From Patescibacteria group bacterium (GTDB taxonomy: Bacteria; Patescibacteriota; Minisyncoccia; Phycocordibacterales; Phycocordibacteraceae): DNA of 64,000 nt. The notes beneath the pieces were generated by a model. It worked only from the letters and a program-made list of their open reading frames with translations, made no database searches and was not told the origin of the DNA. The translations under genes and the position numbers were made by a program. Shown here piece by piece: positions 37,902 to 47,500 of this stretch (its first letter is position 1; the number at the start of each line of letters is the position of its first letter). The stretch is taken from the NCBI GenBank assembly GCA_018970425.1, contig JAGWWK010000002.1:7891-71890 (forward strand), given 5' to 3'.

Positions 37902-38080
37902 AAAAAAACAAAATCCCTTCCGTTTGGAAGGGGCTTGTGAGTTCTTGGCGTTATGTCGTTGACTAACGCGTCACACAAGCCCCCTCCGTGAGGGTAATTG
38001 CAGCAAAGGCAATCTGAGCTCGTGTGCCGTGTGTAACCGACATGCAGGTGATGATAGCAAGAAATTATTTTTCTAGTCAA
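37902..38080 (-). promoter_or_regulatory. promoter plus structured attenuator-like leader with terminator
   Basis: TTGACT-18 bp-TATCAT (38080-38051); uORF 38043-37963; terminator 37932-37915 with U-tract; competing 14-bp helix. Confidence 0.65.
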
Positions 38081-38108
38081 CGCATCAGTTGTGGATTATA
38101 CTTTCTAC

Positions 38109-39263
38109 ATGGACATACGCATTCCGCGCGATGAAGAAGAGCGGCTCCGCGCACATCTTGCCGCACGCACCGATGCTGAGGCGCGCCGTATAGAGCGCTA
38201 CCTAGCAATGCCCGACCTCTCTCGCACACCCGGATCTCCGTTATATGAAATCGTATCGCGCGTTTCGAGCGCACCGGTATTCAAACATTTTGACATCATT
38301 ACCATTCCTGAAATCGTTCCGACTGACGTTTCCTTTGACTTGTTTGACTTCCCTCCGAACCATCCCGCGCGTTCGTCCTCAGACACATATTACATCGATG
38401 AAAAAAATATTTTACGCACACACGACACAGTATTTTGGTACTACTATCTGAACGACCCAGCCGTTAAGGAGCGCATCGCGCGCGGCGAGGCTATGGGAGC
38501 ACTCTGCTACGGAAAGGTGTACCGCAAGGATGAGGTAGACAGTCGCCACATGAACGTCTTCCATCAGTTTGGCGGTTGGTACATCGCGCCTACGAGTACT
38601 GCTGTCGAGCCAGCTGATCTCCATAACGCACTCGGAGAGATCGTGCATGCGGTGTTTGGCCCAAGCATGCAGTATCGCATCAATCCAGATACTTTCCCGT
38701 ACACGGACCCATCATACGAGGTCGAGCTTTATGTAAAAGGCACCGCGGCAGAGGGTCCAGCTCGCGGCGACTGGCTCGAGATTGTCGGGTCGGGTATGCC
38801 CAAAATGACGGTTCTCAAAAAAATGGGAGTTGAGGGATACCATGGCTGGGCGTTCGGATTCGGTCTTGAGCGACTGGCTATCGCATCGATGGCCCTGCCG
38901 GACATTCGCCTCTTATGGTCTGACGACGCACGAATAAAAAAACAGCTCGTACTCGGTCACGCATTTAAGGATGTTTCAAAGTTCCCTCCAGCCGTTCGCG
39001 ACATCTCGTTTGTGGTACCGAAAACATTTGTACCGAACGACTACTTCGACACCGTGCGCGAAATCGCCGGAGACTTGGTCGAAGAAGTGGCACTCATCGA
39101 CAAGTATGAAAACGATTCGAAGTTTGGCGCTGACAAAATGAGCTACGCCTATCGCATTACGTACCGTTCCATCGAGCGAACACTTACCGGTGACGAAGTC
39201 GAGACGCTCCACAAAAAAATTGAAGCCGCAACGGTCTCAGAATTCGGCGCCTCGATCCGCTAG
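38109..39263 (+). CDS. pheS: single-chain phenylalanine--tRNA ligase (alpha catalytic domain fused to FDX-ACB)
   Basis: HPAR..SDTYY, LRTH, GKVYRKDE.D..H..VFHQ, FPYTDPS.E, GWAFGFGLERLA, then SKFP...RDISF and YRS.ERTLT. Confidence 0.92.
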   Translation: MDIRIPRDEEERLRAHLAARTDAEARRIERYLAMPDLSRTPGSPLYEIVSRVSSAPVFKHFDIITIPEIVPTDVSFDLFDFPPNHPARSSSDTYYIDEKNILRTHDTVFWYYYLNDPAVKERIARGEAMGALCYGKVYRKDEVDSRHMNVFHQFGGWYIAPTSTAVEPADLHNALGEIVHAVFGPSMQYRINPDTFPYTDPSYEVELYVKGTAAEGPARGDWLEIVGSGMPKMTVLKKMGVEGYHGWAFGFGLERLAIASMALPDIRLLWSDDARIKKQLVLGHAFKDVSKFPPAVRDISFVVPKTFVPNDYFDTVREIAGDLVEEVALIDKYENDSKFGADKMSYAYRITYRSIERTLTGDEVETLHKKIEAATVSEFGASIR

Positions 39264-39296
39264 AATCGAGAGCGCTTCTCTGCTACAATCACTGCC

Positions 39297-40526
39297 ATGA
39301 CCGAGGCGGCGCTCTACGTCACGTTGTTTCTTGCGCTGTATTTTCAGACCTTCGCGCTCCTGACGTTTTTATCGAAAGATGCTCGTCAGCGCCGTACAAA
39401 AGTACGCCTAGAGAGCGACTTTCCGCGTGTTGCAGTCATCGTTCCCTGCTGGAATGAAGAAACGACCATTCGCGGCACAGTCGAGTCACTCCTCGCGCTC
39501 GACTACCCGAGGGAGAAGCTCGAACTCATTTTGGTAAATGACGGATCGACCGACAACACTGCCCGCGTGCTCAATGAGTACCGCGCACACCCAATGATCA
39601 GCGTGATCCATAAACAAAACGGCGGTAAGCACTCCGCGGTGAACCTCGGCGCGGCCCGCACCAGAGCAGAGTTTATCGGCTGCCTTGATGCCGACTCGTT
39701 TGTGCACCCGGGAGCTCTGAAAGAGGTGCTGGCGCACTTTGATGACCCGCGAGTCGCATCAGTCACGGCGTCTATGACCGTGCATGAGCCACGTACTATT
39801 CTTGAGCGTATGCAGTACGCCGAGTACCTCGCGGGAGTTGCATTACGGCACATCCTCGCGACGGTAAACGGTCTGTACGTCACGCCTGGTCCATTCTCGT
39901 TTTACCGCGCATCCATCATTCGGAAACTTGGTGGGTTCCGTCACGGTCACCAAACCGAAGACATGGAAATGGCAATGCGTCTCCAGCGTCATGGCTATCG
40001 TATTGAAAACGCTCCGCGCGCGCAGGTATTCACCAAGGCACCAAAAACTGTGTGGAAGCTGGTCAAACAGCGTACGCGTTGGACCTCCGGCTTTATCAGA
40101 AACGCGTACGACTACCGCGACCTCATGTTCAATCATAACTATGGCGTCCTCGGACTCCTCGTACTGCCGCTCGGTGTTCTTGCGCTCATTTCAGCAATGG
40201 GACTCACTGTACTCGCAATCACTGATACCTCGCGCATGGTCGCGACAGCGCTCCGCACGCAGGGCGATGTCCCATGGTCATTCGCGTTTTCCGCGCCACG
40301 CATGGATTGGTTTTACGCCCCTATAACGGAAGCTCTTGTTCTTTCTATTGTCGGTATTGCGACAGTGACCGCAATTATGTACATTGGCAAAGCGATTTCG
40401 GGTGCCCAAAAGCCGATCGCGCAAGATATTCTCTGGTATTTGGCATGCTACTCGCTCGTCGCGCCGATCTGGGTCTTCAGGTCAGCTGCCTACGTTGCGC
40501 TCGGCGTCCGGAATGCCTGGCGCTAA
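39297..40526 (+). CDS. GT2 family processive glycosyltransferase (PgaC/IcaA-like)
   Basis: DGSTD, NGGK, DADS, TED, QRTRW; N- and C-terminal TMs. Confidence 0.9.
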   Translation: MTEAALYVTLFLALYFQTFALLTFLSKDARQRRTKVRLESDFPRVAVIVPCWNEETTIRGTVESLLALDYPREKLELILVNDGSTDNTARVLNEYRAHPMISVIHKQNGGKHSAVNLGAARTRAEFIGCLDADSFVHPGALKEVLAHFDDPRVASVTASMTVHEPRTILERMQYAEYLAGVALRHILATVNGLYVTPGPFSFYRASIIRKLGGFRHGHQTEDMEMAMRLQRHGYRIENAPRAQVFTKAPKTVWKLVKQRTRWTSGFIRNAYDYRDLMFNHNYGVLGLLVLPLGVLALISAMGLTVLAITDTSRMVATALRTQGDVPWSFAFSAPRMDWFYAPITEALVLSIVGIATVTAIMYIGKAISGAQKPIAQDILWYLACYSLVAPIWVFRSAAYVALGVRNAWR

Positions 40527-40527
40527 T

Positions 40528-41199
40528 ATGACACCATTTCAAAACGCTCTCGCTGCCCTCGGTATTACCGTAGCCCTGTTTGGTACGGTCGTCTTCGCCG
40601 TAGACTACCTGAATGAGCAGCGCATTGCTGAACTCAGCCGAATCGAGGACACTATCACCATCGACACACTCTCTCTTGAAACGCAGTTCGACCTCCTTGC
40701 AGAGGCGCCGTGCCGAGAGGTTTCCGAAGGTAGCGTGCTCTCTGGAGAGCTGAACGATCTCGCCGCCCGGCTATCCTATGCAGAGGAGCGACTAGGCGCA
40801 GACAACGAAGAAGTCACTAAACTAAAAGAGCGCTATACCCTTCTTGAAATAAAAGACTACCTCTTGATGAAGCGTCTTGCCAAGGAGTGTACAAACCTGA
40901 AGCCAGTCTTCGTGCTCTACTTTTACTCAAACAAGGGCGACTGCCCCGGTTGCGCCGAGGCGGGCTATGCACTCTCGTACCTGAGAGAAAAATATCCTGA
41001 ACTCCGCGTGTACGCCTTCGACTACAACCTCGACCTAGGAGCACTCAAAACGCTCCGCTCGGTGCTTCGCATCACGGAACCCCTTCCTGCCTTTGTGATC
41101 AATGGTAAGAACTACAGCGGTATCACCTCACTAGGAGATCTTGAACCGCTCTTGCCGACAGATCTCCTCGCTACCTCGACAGACGCACGACGTCGCTAG
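40528..41199 (+). CDS. membrane-anchored hypothetical protein with C-terminal CxxC thioredoxin-like domain
   Basis: N-terminal TM, helical region, LYFYS...CPGC, VYAFD, P.FVING. Confidence 0.7.
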   Translation: MTPFQNALAALGITVALFGTVVFAVDYLNEQRIAELSRIEDTITIDTLSLETQFDLLAEAPCREVSEGSVLSGELNDLAARLSYAEERLGADNEEVTKLKERYTLLEIKDYLLMKRLAKECTNLKPVFVLYFYSNKGDCPGCAEAGYALSYLREKYPELRVYAFDYNLDLGALKTLRSVLRITEPLPAFVINGKNYSGITSLGDLEPLLPTDLLATSTDARRR

Positions 41200-41263
41200 C
41201 GCAGTGACATTAAAAACGGTATAGTAGCTGAACGTTGTCGTAGCTACTGCCACGGCATCGTAC

Positions 41264-41339
41264 GCCGCCTTAGCTCAGTTGGTAGAGCAACTCACTTGTA
41301 ATGAGTAGGTCCCCAGTTCGAATCTGGGAGGCGGCTCCA
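41264..41339 (+). tRNA. tRNA-Thr(TGT), CCA encoded
   Basis: GCCGCCT/AGGCGGC; ACTCA-CTTGTAA-TGAGT; AGTTCGAATCT. Confidence 0.95.
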
Positions 41340-41356
41340 GACAAATAAAAATAAAA

Positions 41357-41539
41357 AAGACCTGATCTACGATCGGCCTTCCCTCGCTCGCTCCGTGTAA
41401 GCAATGCTTGCTCCGTTCACTCTCTCGGAAGACCTGATCTACGATCGGCCTTCCCTCGCTCGCTCCGTGTAAGCAATGCTTGCTCCGTTCACTCTCTCGG
41501 AAGACCTGATCTACGATCGGCCTTCCCTCGCTCGCTCCG
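41357..41539. repeat. 72-bp perfect tandem repeat, about 2.5 units
   Basis: Units start at 41357, 41429 and 41501; 39-bp segment x3, identical 33-bp segment x2. Confidence 0.95.
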
Positions 41540-41891
41540 GAGTTATCGTTTTGAGGAATTCTGACACTGGAGCGGCTCCCGTCCGCGGCGCTGAAATCCG
41601 GAGTTTGTACGAGAGCTTCGCAAGAGGGCGCTCAATAGCCCGAATCGCTTCTACCGCACCGTGAATAGAAAGATGTGTCACATCGTGCGCGATGGCGCCA
41701 AGGTACGCACGCCATGAGAGTGGAACACCGCCAAGCACAAGGCGTGGCACGAATGCCGTCACACGTGCGTCGAGTCGTGCGCGCTCAGATTCAAAAAAAC
41801 GGGCTCCGCGCGCTAGTTCCAAACGCCGCACGTACGCAAACGCGAGCATCAGTGATGCCGCGACAAGCATGACGCTGAGGGGCAAAAGCAT
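41511..41891 (-). CDS. hypothetical protein with N-terminal TM
   Basis: 126 aa directly downstream of tsf; 3' end lies inside the tandem repeat. Confidence 0.65.
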   Translation of the reverse strand: MLLPLSVMLVAASLMLAFAYVRRLELARGARFFESERARLDARVTAFVPRLVLGGVPLSWRAYLGAIAHDVTHLSIHGAVEAIRAIERPLAKLSYKLRISAPRTGAAPVSEFLKTITPERAREGRS

Positions 41892-41894
41892 ACG

Positions 41895-42476
41895 CTACTT
41901 GGTCGCGTAGCGCTTGAACTCTCCCACGTCAACGCGCTCTCCGAACTTCTGCACGGCGTCGTCTATGAGCTGGCGCACGGTACGCGTATCATCTTTTATG
42001 AACGGCTGCTCCATAAGCACTACGTTCTTGAGGTACGAGTCTACCTTACCGTTTAAAATAGTCTCTCTCAGGCTCTCTGGCTTTCCTTCCACCTCTTTCG
42101 TGTAGAGCGACTTAATTTGTTCAAGCTTTTCTGCCGGAATGTCGGCGCGAGACTTGTACTCTGGGTTTGTCGCTGCGACTTGGAGCGCGATATCGTATGC
42201 AAGCTTTGCAAAGTCCTCGTGCTTTGACACAAAGTCAGTCTCTGAGAGAAGCTCCACGACGGATGCTATTTTCTTGTTTGCGTGCGTGTAGGTAGCAAGC
42301 GTGCCAGACCCAAGCTCGCGGTCGCCTTTTTTATCCGCGATTGCCGATCCTTTTTTTCGAAGAATGAGGAGCGCTTTTTCCATGTCACCGCCCGCCTCTT
42401 CAAGGGCGGCTTTGCACTGCATGACGGAAATGCCCGTCCGCTCGCGGAGCTCCTTCACCGTGTCAGATGAAATCAT
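41895..42476 (-). CDS. tsf: elongation factor Ts (short form)
   Basis: VKELRERTG...CK.AL, ETDFV, LMEQPFIKD. Confidence 0.96.
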   Translation of the reverse strand: MISSDTVKELRERTGISVMQCKAALEEAGGDMEKALLILRKKGSAIADKKGDRELGSGTLATYTHANKKIASVVELLSETDFVSKHEDFAKLAYDIALQVAATNPEYKSRADIPAEKLEQIKSLYTKEVEGKPESLRETILNGKVDSYLKNVVLMEQPFIKDDTRTVRQLIDDAVQKFGERVDVGEFKRYATK

Positions 42477-42490
42477 ACTGTTGTAGTATA

Positions 42491-43192
42491 CTACGCTGCC
42501 GCTCCTCGTCCTGCCTCGTACGCGCGCGCGACCTCCGCAAGGAAGTAGCGAACACTCTCCTGTGATGCGTCATTGCCGACCACTGGGTGCGAGACAACGC
42601 TCAAGTCGCAGTCAGAGTTCATTATGCCGATAACTGGGATGCCGAGCTTTTTCGCTTCGAGTACGGCGTTCTCCTCGCGCTTCGTATCAACGACCACAAG
42701 CGCGTCCGGGAGGCGATCCATGCTCACGAGTCCTGTAAAGTTTTCTTCAAGACGCGCGATTTCGCGGTCAATCATGAGGCGCTCTTTCTTCGTGTACTTT
42801 TTCGCGGACACGCCTGACTCGCGCTCGTCGGTGAGCTCCTTCATGCGGTTCATGCGCTTCTTAATTTCAGTGAAGTTTGAGAGCGTTCCGCCAAGCCAGC
42901 GGCCCGCGACAAACGGCATAGCAACCGAGGCTGCTGCCTCTCGAACGATAGATTGCATCTCCGGCTTGCCCGAGACAAAGAGGAGCATCTTACCCTGGCG
43001 GCCCAGTACCTCTACAAACGAGAGTACGTCAGAGAGCATTCCGCTCGTCTTCGTGAGATCGAGGATATCTGTCTTATTCTTGGTGCCGTAAACCAAGTGC
43101 TTCATCGTAGCGTGACGGCGACTGCGCGAGTACCCGAAATGTGCCCCTACCTTAAACAGGGCTTCGACGAGTGGGTTCTGTGCTTGAGACAT
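42491..43192 (-). CDS. rpsB: 30S ribosomal protein S2
   Basis: GAHFG, RWLGGTLSNF, GND. Confidence 0.96.
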   Translation of the reverse strand: MSQAQNPLVEALFKVGAHFGYSRSRRHATMKHLVYGTKNKTDILDLTKTSGMLSDVLSFVEVLGRQGKMLLFVSGKPEMQSIVREAAASVAMPFVAGRWLGGTLSNFTEIKKRMNRMKELTDERESGVSAKKYTKKERLMIDREIARLEENFTGLVSMDRLPDALVVVDTKREENAVLEAKKLGIPVIGIMNSDCDLSVVSHPVVGNDASQESVRYFLAEVARAYEAGRGAAA

Positions 43193-43210
43193 AGGCCGCA
43201 CTGTAGCACA

Positions 43211-44173
43211 TCACTCATCCTCAGGCAACGCCGCCCCGATGCCTCCGGCCTCAGCCGCCTTCTCCTTGAGGGTTTTGATCACTTCATCAAGATCTCCATC
43301 CATAATCCCAGGCAAATTGTGCCAGGATTCCTTAATCCTGTGGTCAGTGAGCCGATCTTGCGGAAAGTTGTATGTTCGTATCTTTTCAGACCGATCTCCC
43401 GTCCCAATCTGAGACTTCCGCGCCTCGGCGTGCTCGCGTGCGGCTTTTTCCTCCTCTAAATTTTCGAGCTTCGCCGCAAGAATCTGCATTGCTTTCTCTC
43501 GGTTAGCAGCCTGCGAGCGCTCCGACTGCGACCTCACCTCAAGTCCGGTCGGGCGGTGTACGAGTCGTACCGCAGTTTCAACCTTGTTAACATTCTGCCC
43601 TCCCGCTCCCCCAGAGCGGGAAAATTCCATATCAAGGTCGGCTGGATTTAAGACAAGCTTTGTATGTTTACGAATCGGCAAGATCGCGACTGATGCCGTC
43701 GAGGTATGGATGCGTCCGCTTTTTTCAGTGGCCGGTATGCGCTGGACTCGGTGCACGCCAGTTTCAAACTGCAGCGCGTCGTACACTCCCTTGCCTTTGA
43801 TTTCAAACGAGCGCAAACCATCGAGGAGCTTTACCTCAAAGCCATGCCGCTCCGCGTATCGCACGTACATACGCGCCAACTCTTCAGCAAACAGCGCCGC
43901 CTCATCCCCTCCTGCCGCGGCTCGAAACTCCATGACCGCAGCCACTGCCTCACGCTCGCTCTCATTCGCGTCATCAAGAATTTTTGCCATCTGACGCATA
44001 AGGTCCCCCTGTGCCGCCTCAAGTGACTGAATCTCCGCGTCAGCAAGCTCTCCGAGCGTTGGGTCAGAGGCTTTAAGCTCGCGCGCGCTACTCAGTTCCG
44101 CACCGAGGCGGTCGTACTCGCTCGCGAGGTACTGCGTGCGGTGGTCCTTTCTAAAATCATCAATAGTTGCCAT
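43211..44173 (-). CDS. prfA: peptide chain release factor 1
   Basis: GVHRVQRIPAT (PxT), GAGGQNVNK, SEKIRTYN. Confidence 0.95.
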   Translation of the reverse strand: MATIDDFRKDHRTQYLASEYDRLGAELSSARELKASDPTLGELADAEIQSLEAAQGDLMRQMAKILDDANESEREAVAAVMEFRAAAGGDEAALFAEELARMYVRYAERHGFEVKLLDGLRSFEIKGKGVYDALQFETGVHRVQRIPATEKSGRIHTSTASVAILPIRKHTKLVLNPADLDMEFSRSGGAGGQNVNKVETAVRLVHRPTGLEVRSQSERSQAANREKAMQILAAKLENLEEEKAAREHAEARKSQIGTGDRSEKIRTYNFPQDRLTDHRIKESWHNLPGIMDGDLDEVIKTLKEKAAEAGGIGAALPEDE

Positions 44174-44206
44174 AGAAAAAAGCGCTACCTCAAGTGTAGC
44201 GCACCG

Positions 44207-44470
44207 TTACTTAGCTGAGCCCGTCTTTTTAGACGCGCGAGTCTTGAACCGCTCAACCCGACCTGCGCGGTCTATGGTTACCTTCTTACCAGTATAAAAC
44301 GGGTGCGATGCGGATGAAATTTCAACAACCACGCGGTCGTACTCTTTCCCATCATCCCAGGTCGCCGTACCGGTCCCTTTAACCGTTGAGCCGATCAAAA
44401 ACCGGGTACCTGACTCAACATCATCAAAAATGACGGGGCGAAAGTTCTTCGGGTGAATATCTGCCTTCAT
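44207..44470 (-). CDS. rpmE: 50S ribosomal protein L31 (type B, no Zn cysteines)
   Basis: MKADIHP, EISSASHPFYTG, GRVERF. Confidence 0.95.
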   Translation of the reverse strand: MKADIHPKNFRPVIFDDVESGTRFLIGSTVKGTGTATWDDGKEYDRVVVEISSASHPFYTGKKVTIDRAGRVERFKTRASKKTGSAK

Positions 44471-44509
44471 AGCGAAACGATACCAAAAAACAGGGTCGTG
44501 CGCAAGCCC

Positions 44510-47500
44510 TTACCGCTCCTCGTACCGAGGTGCAAGCTTGACCGATGTAGAGACCGAAACAGTCTGACCACTCTGCATTGAGCGACACGAAAGTGTATAG
44601 GTAGTTTCCCCCGGTATCGCCCCCGTCTCTTGACTACCCGACTCGCCTGCTAGGGTCCATGACGCTCCGCGCGACGATGTTAAGCGGCACGAGTTTTTAA
44701 CAACATCTGCCGCACTCCAGGAGAGCGTTACACTACCCCCTAGGCGCACTGCCGAGCGGCTCGCTGAGAGTGAGAGTGCCGCGGGTACATTACTCTCCTC
44801 AGTTGTATCAGTGCCGGATGAGCACGCTGGGTCCTCAGTATCCACAAGACCATTTCCGTTATTATCTATGCCGTCTTGGCATTGAGTCGGTGTTGCGATA
44901 GTGACTGCGTACCACGCACCACAATTATTTGCCGTGTTTCCTTCCGGCGTGCCGAGTGGCGTGTTCGCGCAGATGCGGACGCGATGCGCGCCGGGTACGG
45001 CGGTCCACGCCTCTGATATGCTCTGCACCGAAGCTTGCGGCGCGAGACCCGTGAGCGTGGGCCCAGTGAGTGTTACGTCAGTTGAGCCGTTCGATCCAAT
45101 ATCAATCTGAAATGCGACAGGAGCAGAACCACTAAACGCGTAGCTTGAGAGGTTTTCCGTAAAGGTGCCCGTGTAGGTAGTGGTTTCCGTTGGCGATACA
45201 CTGCGGGTGCCCTGAGTCGCAGGCGTCACCGACCCAATGCCGCGATCAATCGTAAAGGTCGCGGCGCCCGGCGCAGACCATGCAAGTGATGCCGACTGGC
45301 CTGCGGTGATGATTGACGGAGAGGCAGTCAGGCTGCATTTTGCTCCCTGATTCGGGATAGTGATGGTCGCGCCGCACGTGTCACTGCACGCGGAACGATT
45401 AAAACCTGCGAAGAAATTGTAGTTTTTCTGATTCATTCCTCCATATCCGGTTGTGTAAGAGTCTCGCTGAACAAGTGTCGCTCCCGTAAATGCGCGGTAT
45501 GTGTAGTACGTATTGAAGGGCTGCCCGGTTGGTCCGACGTGTTCGCGCACCTCTACGGAACAGCACCCATTGAGTGGCGTTATTGCCTCGCACGCTGACT
45601 GAATTGACTCAGTACCGAACCCGAACCCGACGCCGTCTTGGATATCATTGTCCGAAGCCACTAAGGTTCCTCCGCTACATTGCATTCCACCTTGAAGTGC
45701 AACCGACGAGTTCACATCTGTTCCAATACAGCGATTTGAGGTCAGTGCATATGTGTGCACGCCCGCGGCGAGTCGTGTCGGGAATGTGTATGAGCCGCTG
45801 AGAGCATACGGCGTGCCCGCGTACCGGCATGAGAGCGTATCGGAAAGATACGGACCCGTGCATCCGGAGAGTGACCGCCAGATTGAGCCGTCATAGGATA
45901 GGTTTGAGGAACTTCCGCAGGTACTCCAGTTTCTTGCCCCCCACGTGTACGCTGTCGCATCGGCTCGTCCTGTAATAAGCGCACACACGCGATCAAGCGT
46001 TGTCTGTGTTGCCGATGCTGACCGCGTACCCTTCACTGTTTCAGGAAAACTAATGCCACCATTTGTTTGCATGTCCTGCTTCACCGCAGTAGATGAAAAG
46101 AACCCGCTTTCGCCCGGACTTACAATAACCTGATTACTACTTCCGGACGCGGGAATGGTCGGAGAACCGCTCGTGAGCGGTCGAACAGATGACACGACTG
46201 TTGCACCGGAGGTTGACCATCGCACCTCCTGTTCACTCAACGTGATTGAGCATCCGCCCTGTGCCGCTAACGCCACTGTCGCTTGGCACTGACCGCCTGC
46301 GGCGAACGCCGGTGGCTCATTGGTAATTGTTCCGAAAAAGCGCACCTGCTTACCGCCGACTAGCTCGCCGCTTTCTACACCCGTAGCGCCGCCCACCAGG
46401 TCAAAGCCAGTTACGGTAAACGAGTAGTCCGGTCCGCAGTTATTGTTTTCATTTATTTCCGAGAGCTGAGAAGTCGGACTATCAGCGCACATGCGCACGC
46501 GGTGCGAACCAAGCGGTACCGGCGACCACACGGGTGATGTCACTCCCGCGACTCCTCCGTATGGAACATCGTACTGCGTGCCCGTCACGGAACGCCACGT
46601 CCCCGCAAAGCATGTACTCCCACTCGGGCATGTGCTCGTTGTTGGATTACTGTAGACAGAAACACCTATTGTGTAAGAACCGAGTGACAATGCATCAGCA
46701 ATGCTAGCAACAAGGCGATTCGTGGCCACTAAGTTAGTACCTCCGCCGCCTCCGCCTCCTCCTCCGCCGCCTCCGCCTCCTCCGCCGCCTCCGCCGCTGG
46801 AGTCCGTACTATAGATAACCGATGCTCCACAACATTGCCCCGGGGAGGAGAGCTGGGTACACAGTGTCCGTACAGTTGAATCCAAGTCACCAGCTCCAAA
46901 GAGAGTGAATGACTCTGTACGCAAGAGCGAGCCGGTCGTACACGTTCTACCATACTCAAGCTGAAGCTCAGTGCCCGTCGAGCCTCCCGTATCGAGCAGA
47001 ACATCATAGCTACCATCCGCGCCTATGTCGACTTGAAAGCGATTACTAAATACTTTCGAAATAGAGTTGTTTCCTATATTTTGCACATTCGCGCTAAAGC
47101 GTATTTCACCAAGCGGAAGTAGAACACCGAGAATAGACGGGAGCGATGCGGTCACATCTGTACTCACGCCTTCTTGTACGATCACGCCACAACCGCTTCC
47201 CGAGCAGATACATGACGATTGCTGGCACGGATCCCCGGTACACGCCGCGGCAATACTCGCACTACCCGACTGCACCGTAAGCGTTGCTACCTTCTCACCA
47301 GTCGTTGTATAGGTTTTTGCCACTGTTGCCTGAGTCCCATACACATCGTCGGTCCCACTCCATGAGTATGTATATGAGCCCGATCCACCACTCACCGCAG
47401 ATGTCCACGACACTGACTGCCCAACCGTAACAGGATTTGGACTCGCACTGCAGGAGACGGTGAACACATTCACCGTAACAGTGCGTGACGCGGTGGCAGT

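Noticed and set aside
37960-38045. Guanidine-I (ykkC) or c-di-GMP riboswitch
   Set aside because: Only superficial similarity (CACGGAGGG...AAGCCC); the diagnostic conserved segments are missing.
41357-41539. CRISPR array (39-bp repeats with 33-bp spacers)
   Set aside because: Both spacers are identical, one repeat is coding, and no cas genes or leader are present; it is a tandem repeat.
43211-44173. Alternative genetic code (UGA as Gly or Trp)
   Set aside because: Conserved genes are intact under code 11, and prfA and pyk end at TGA at the expected positions.
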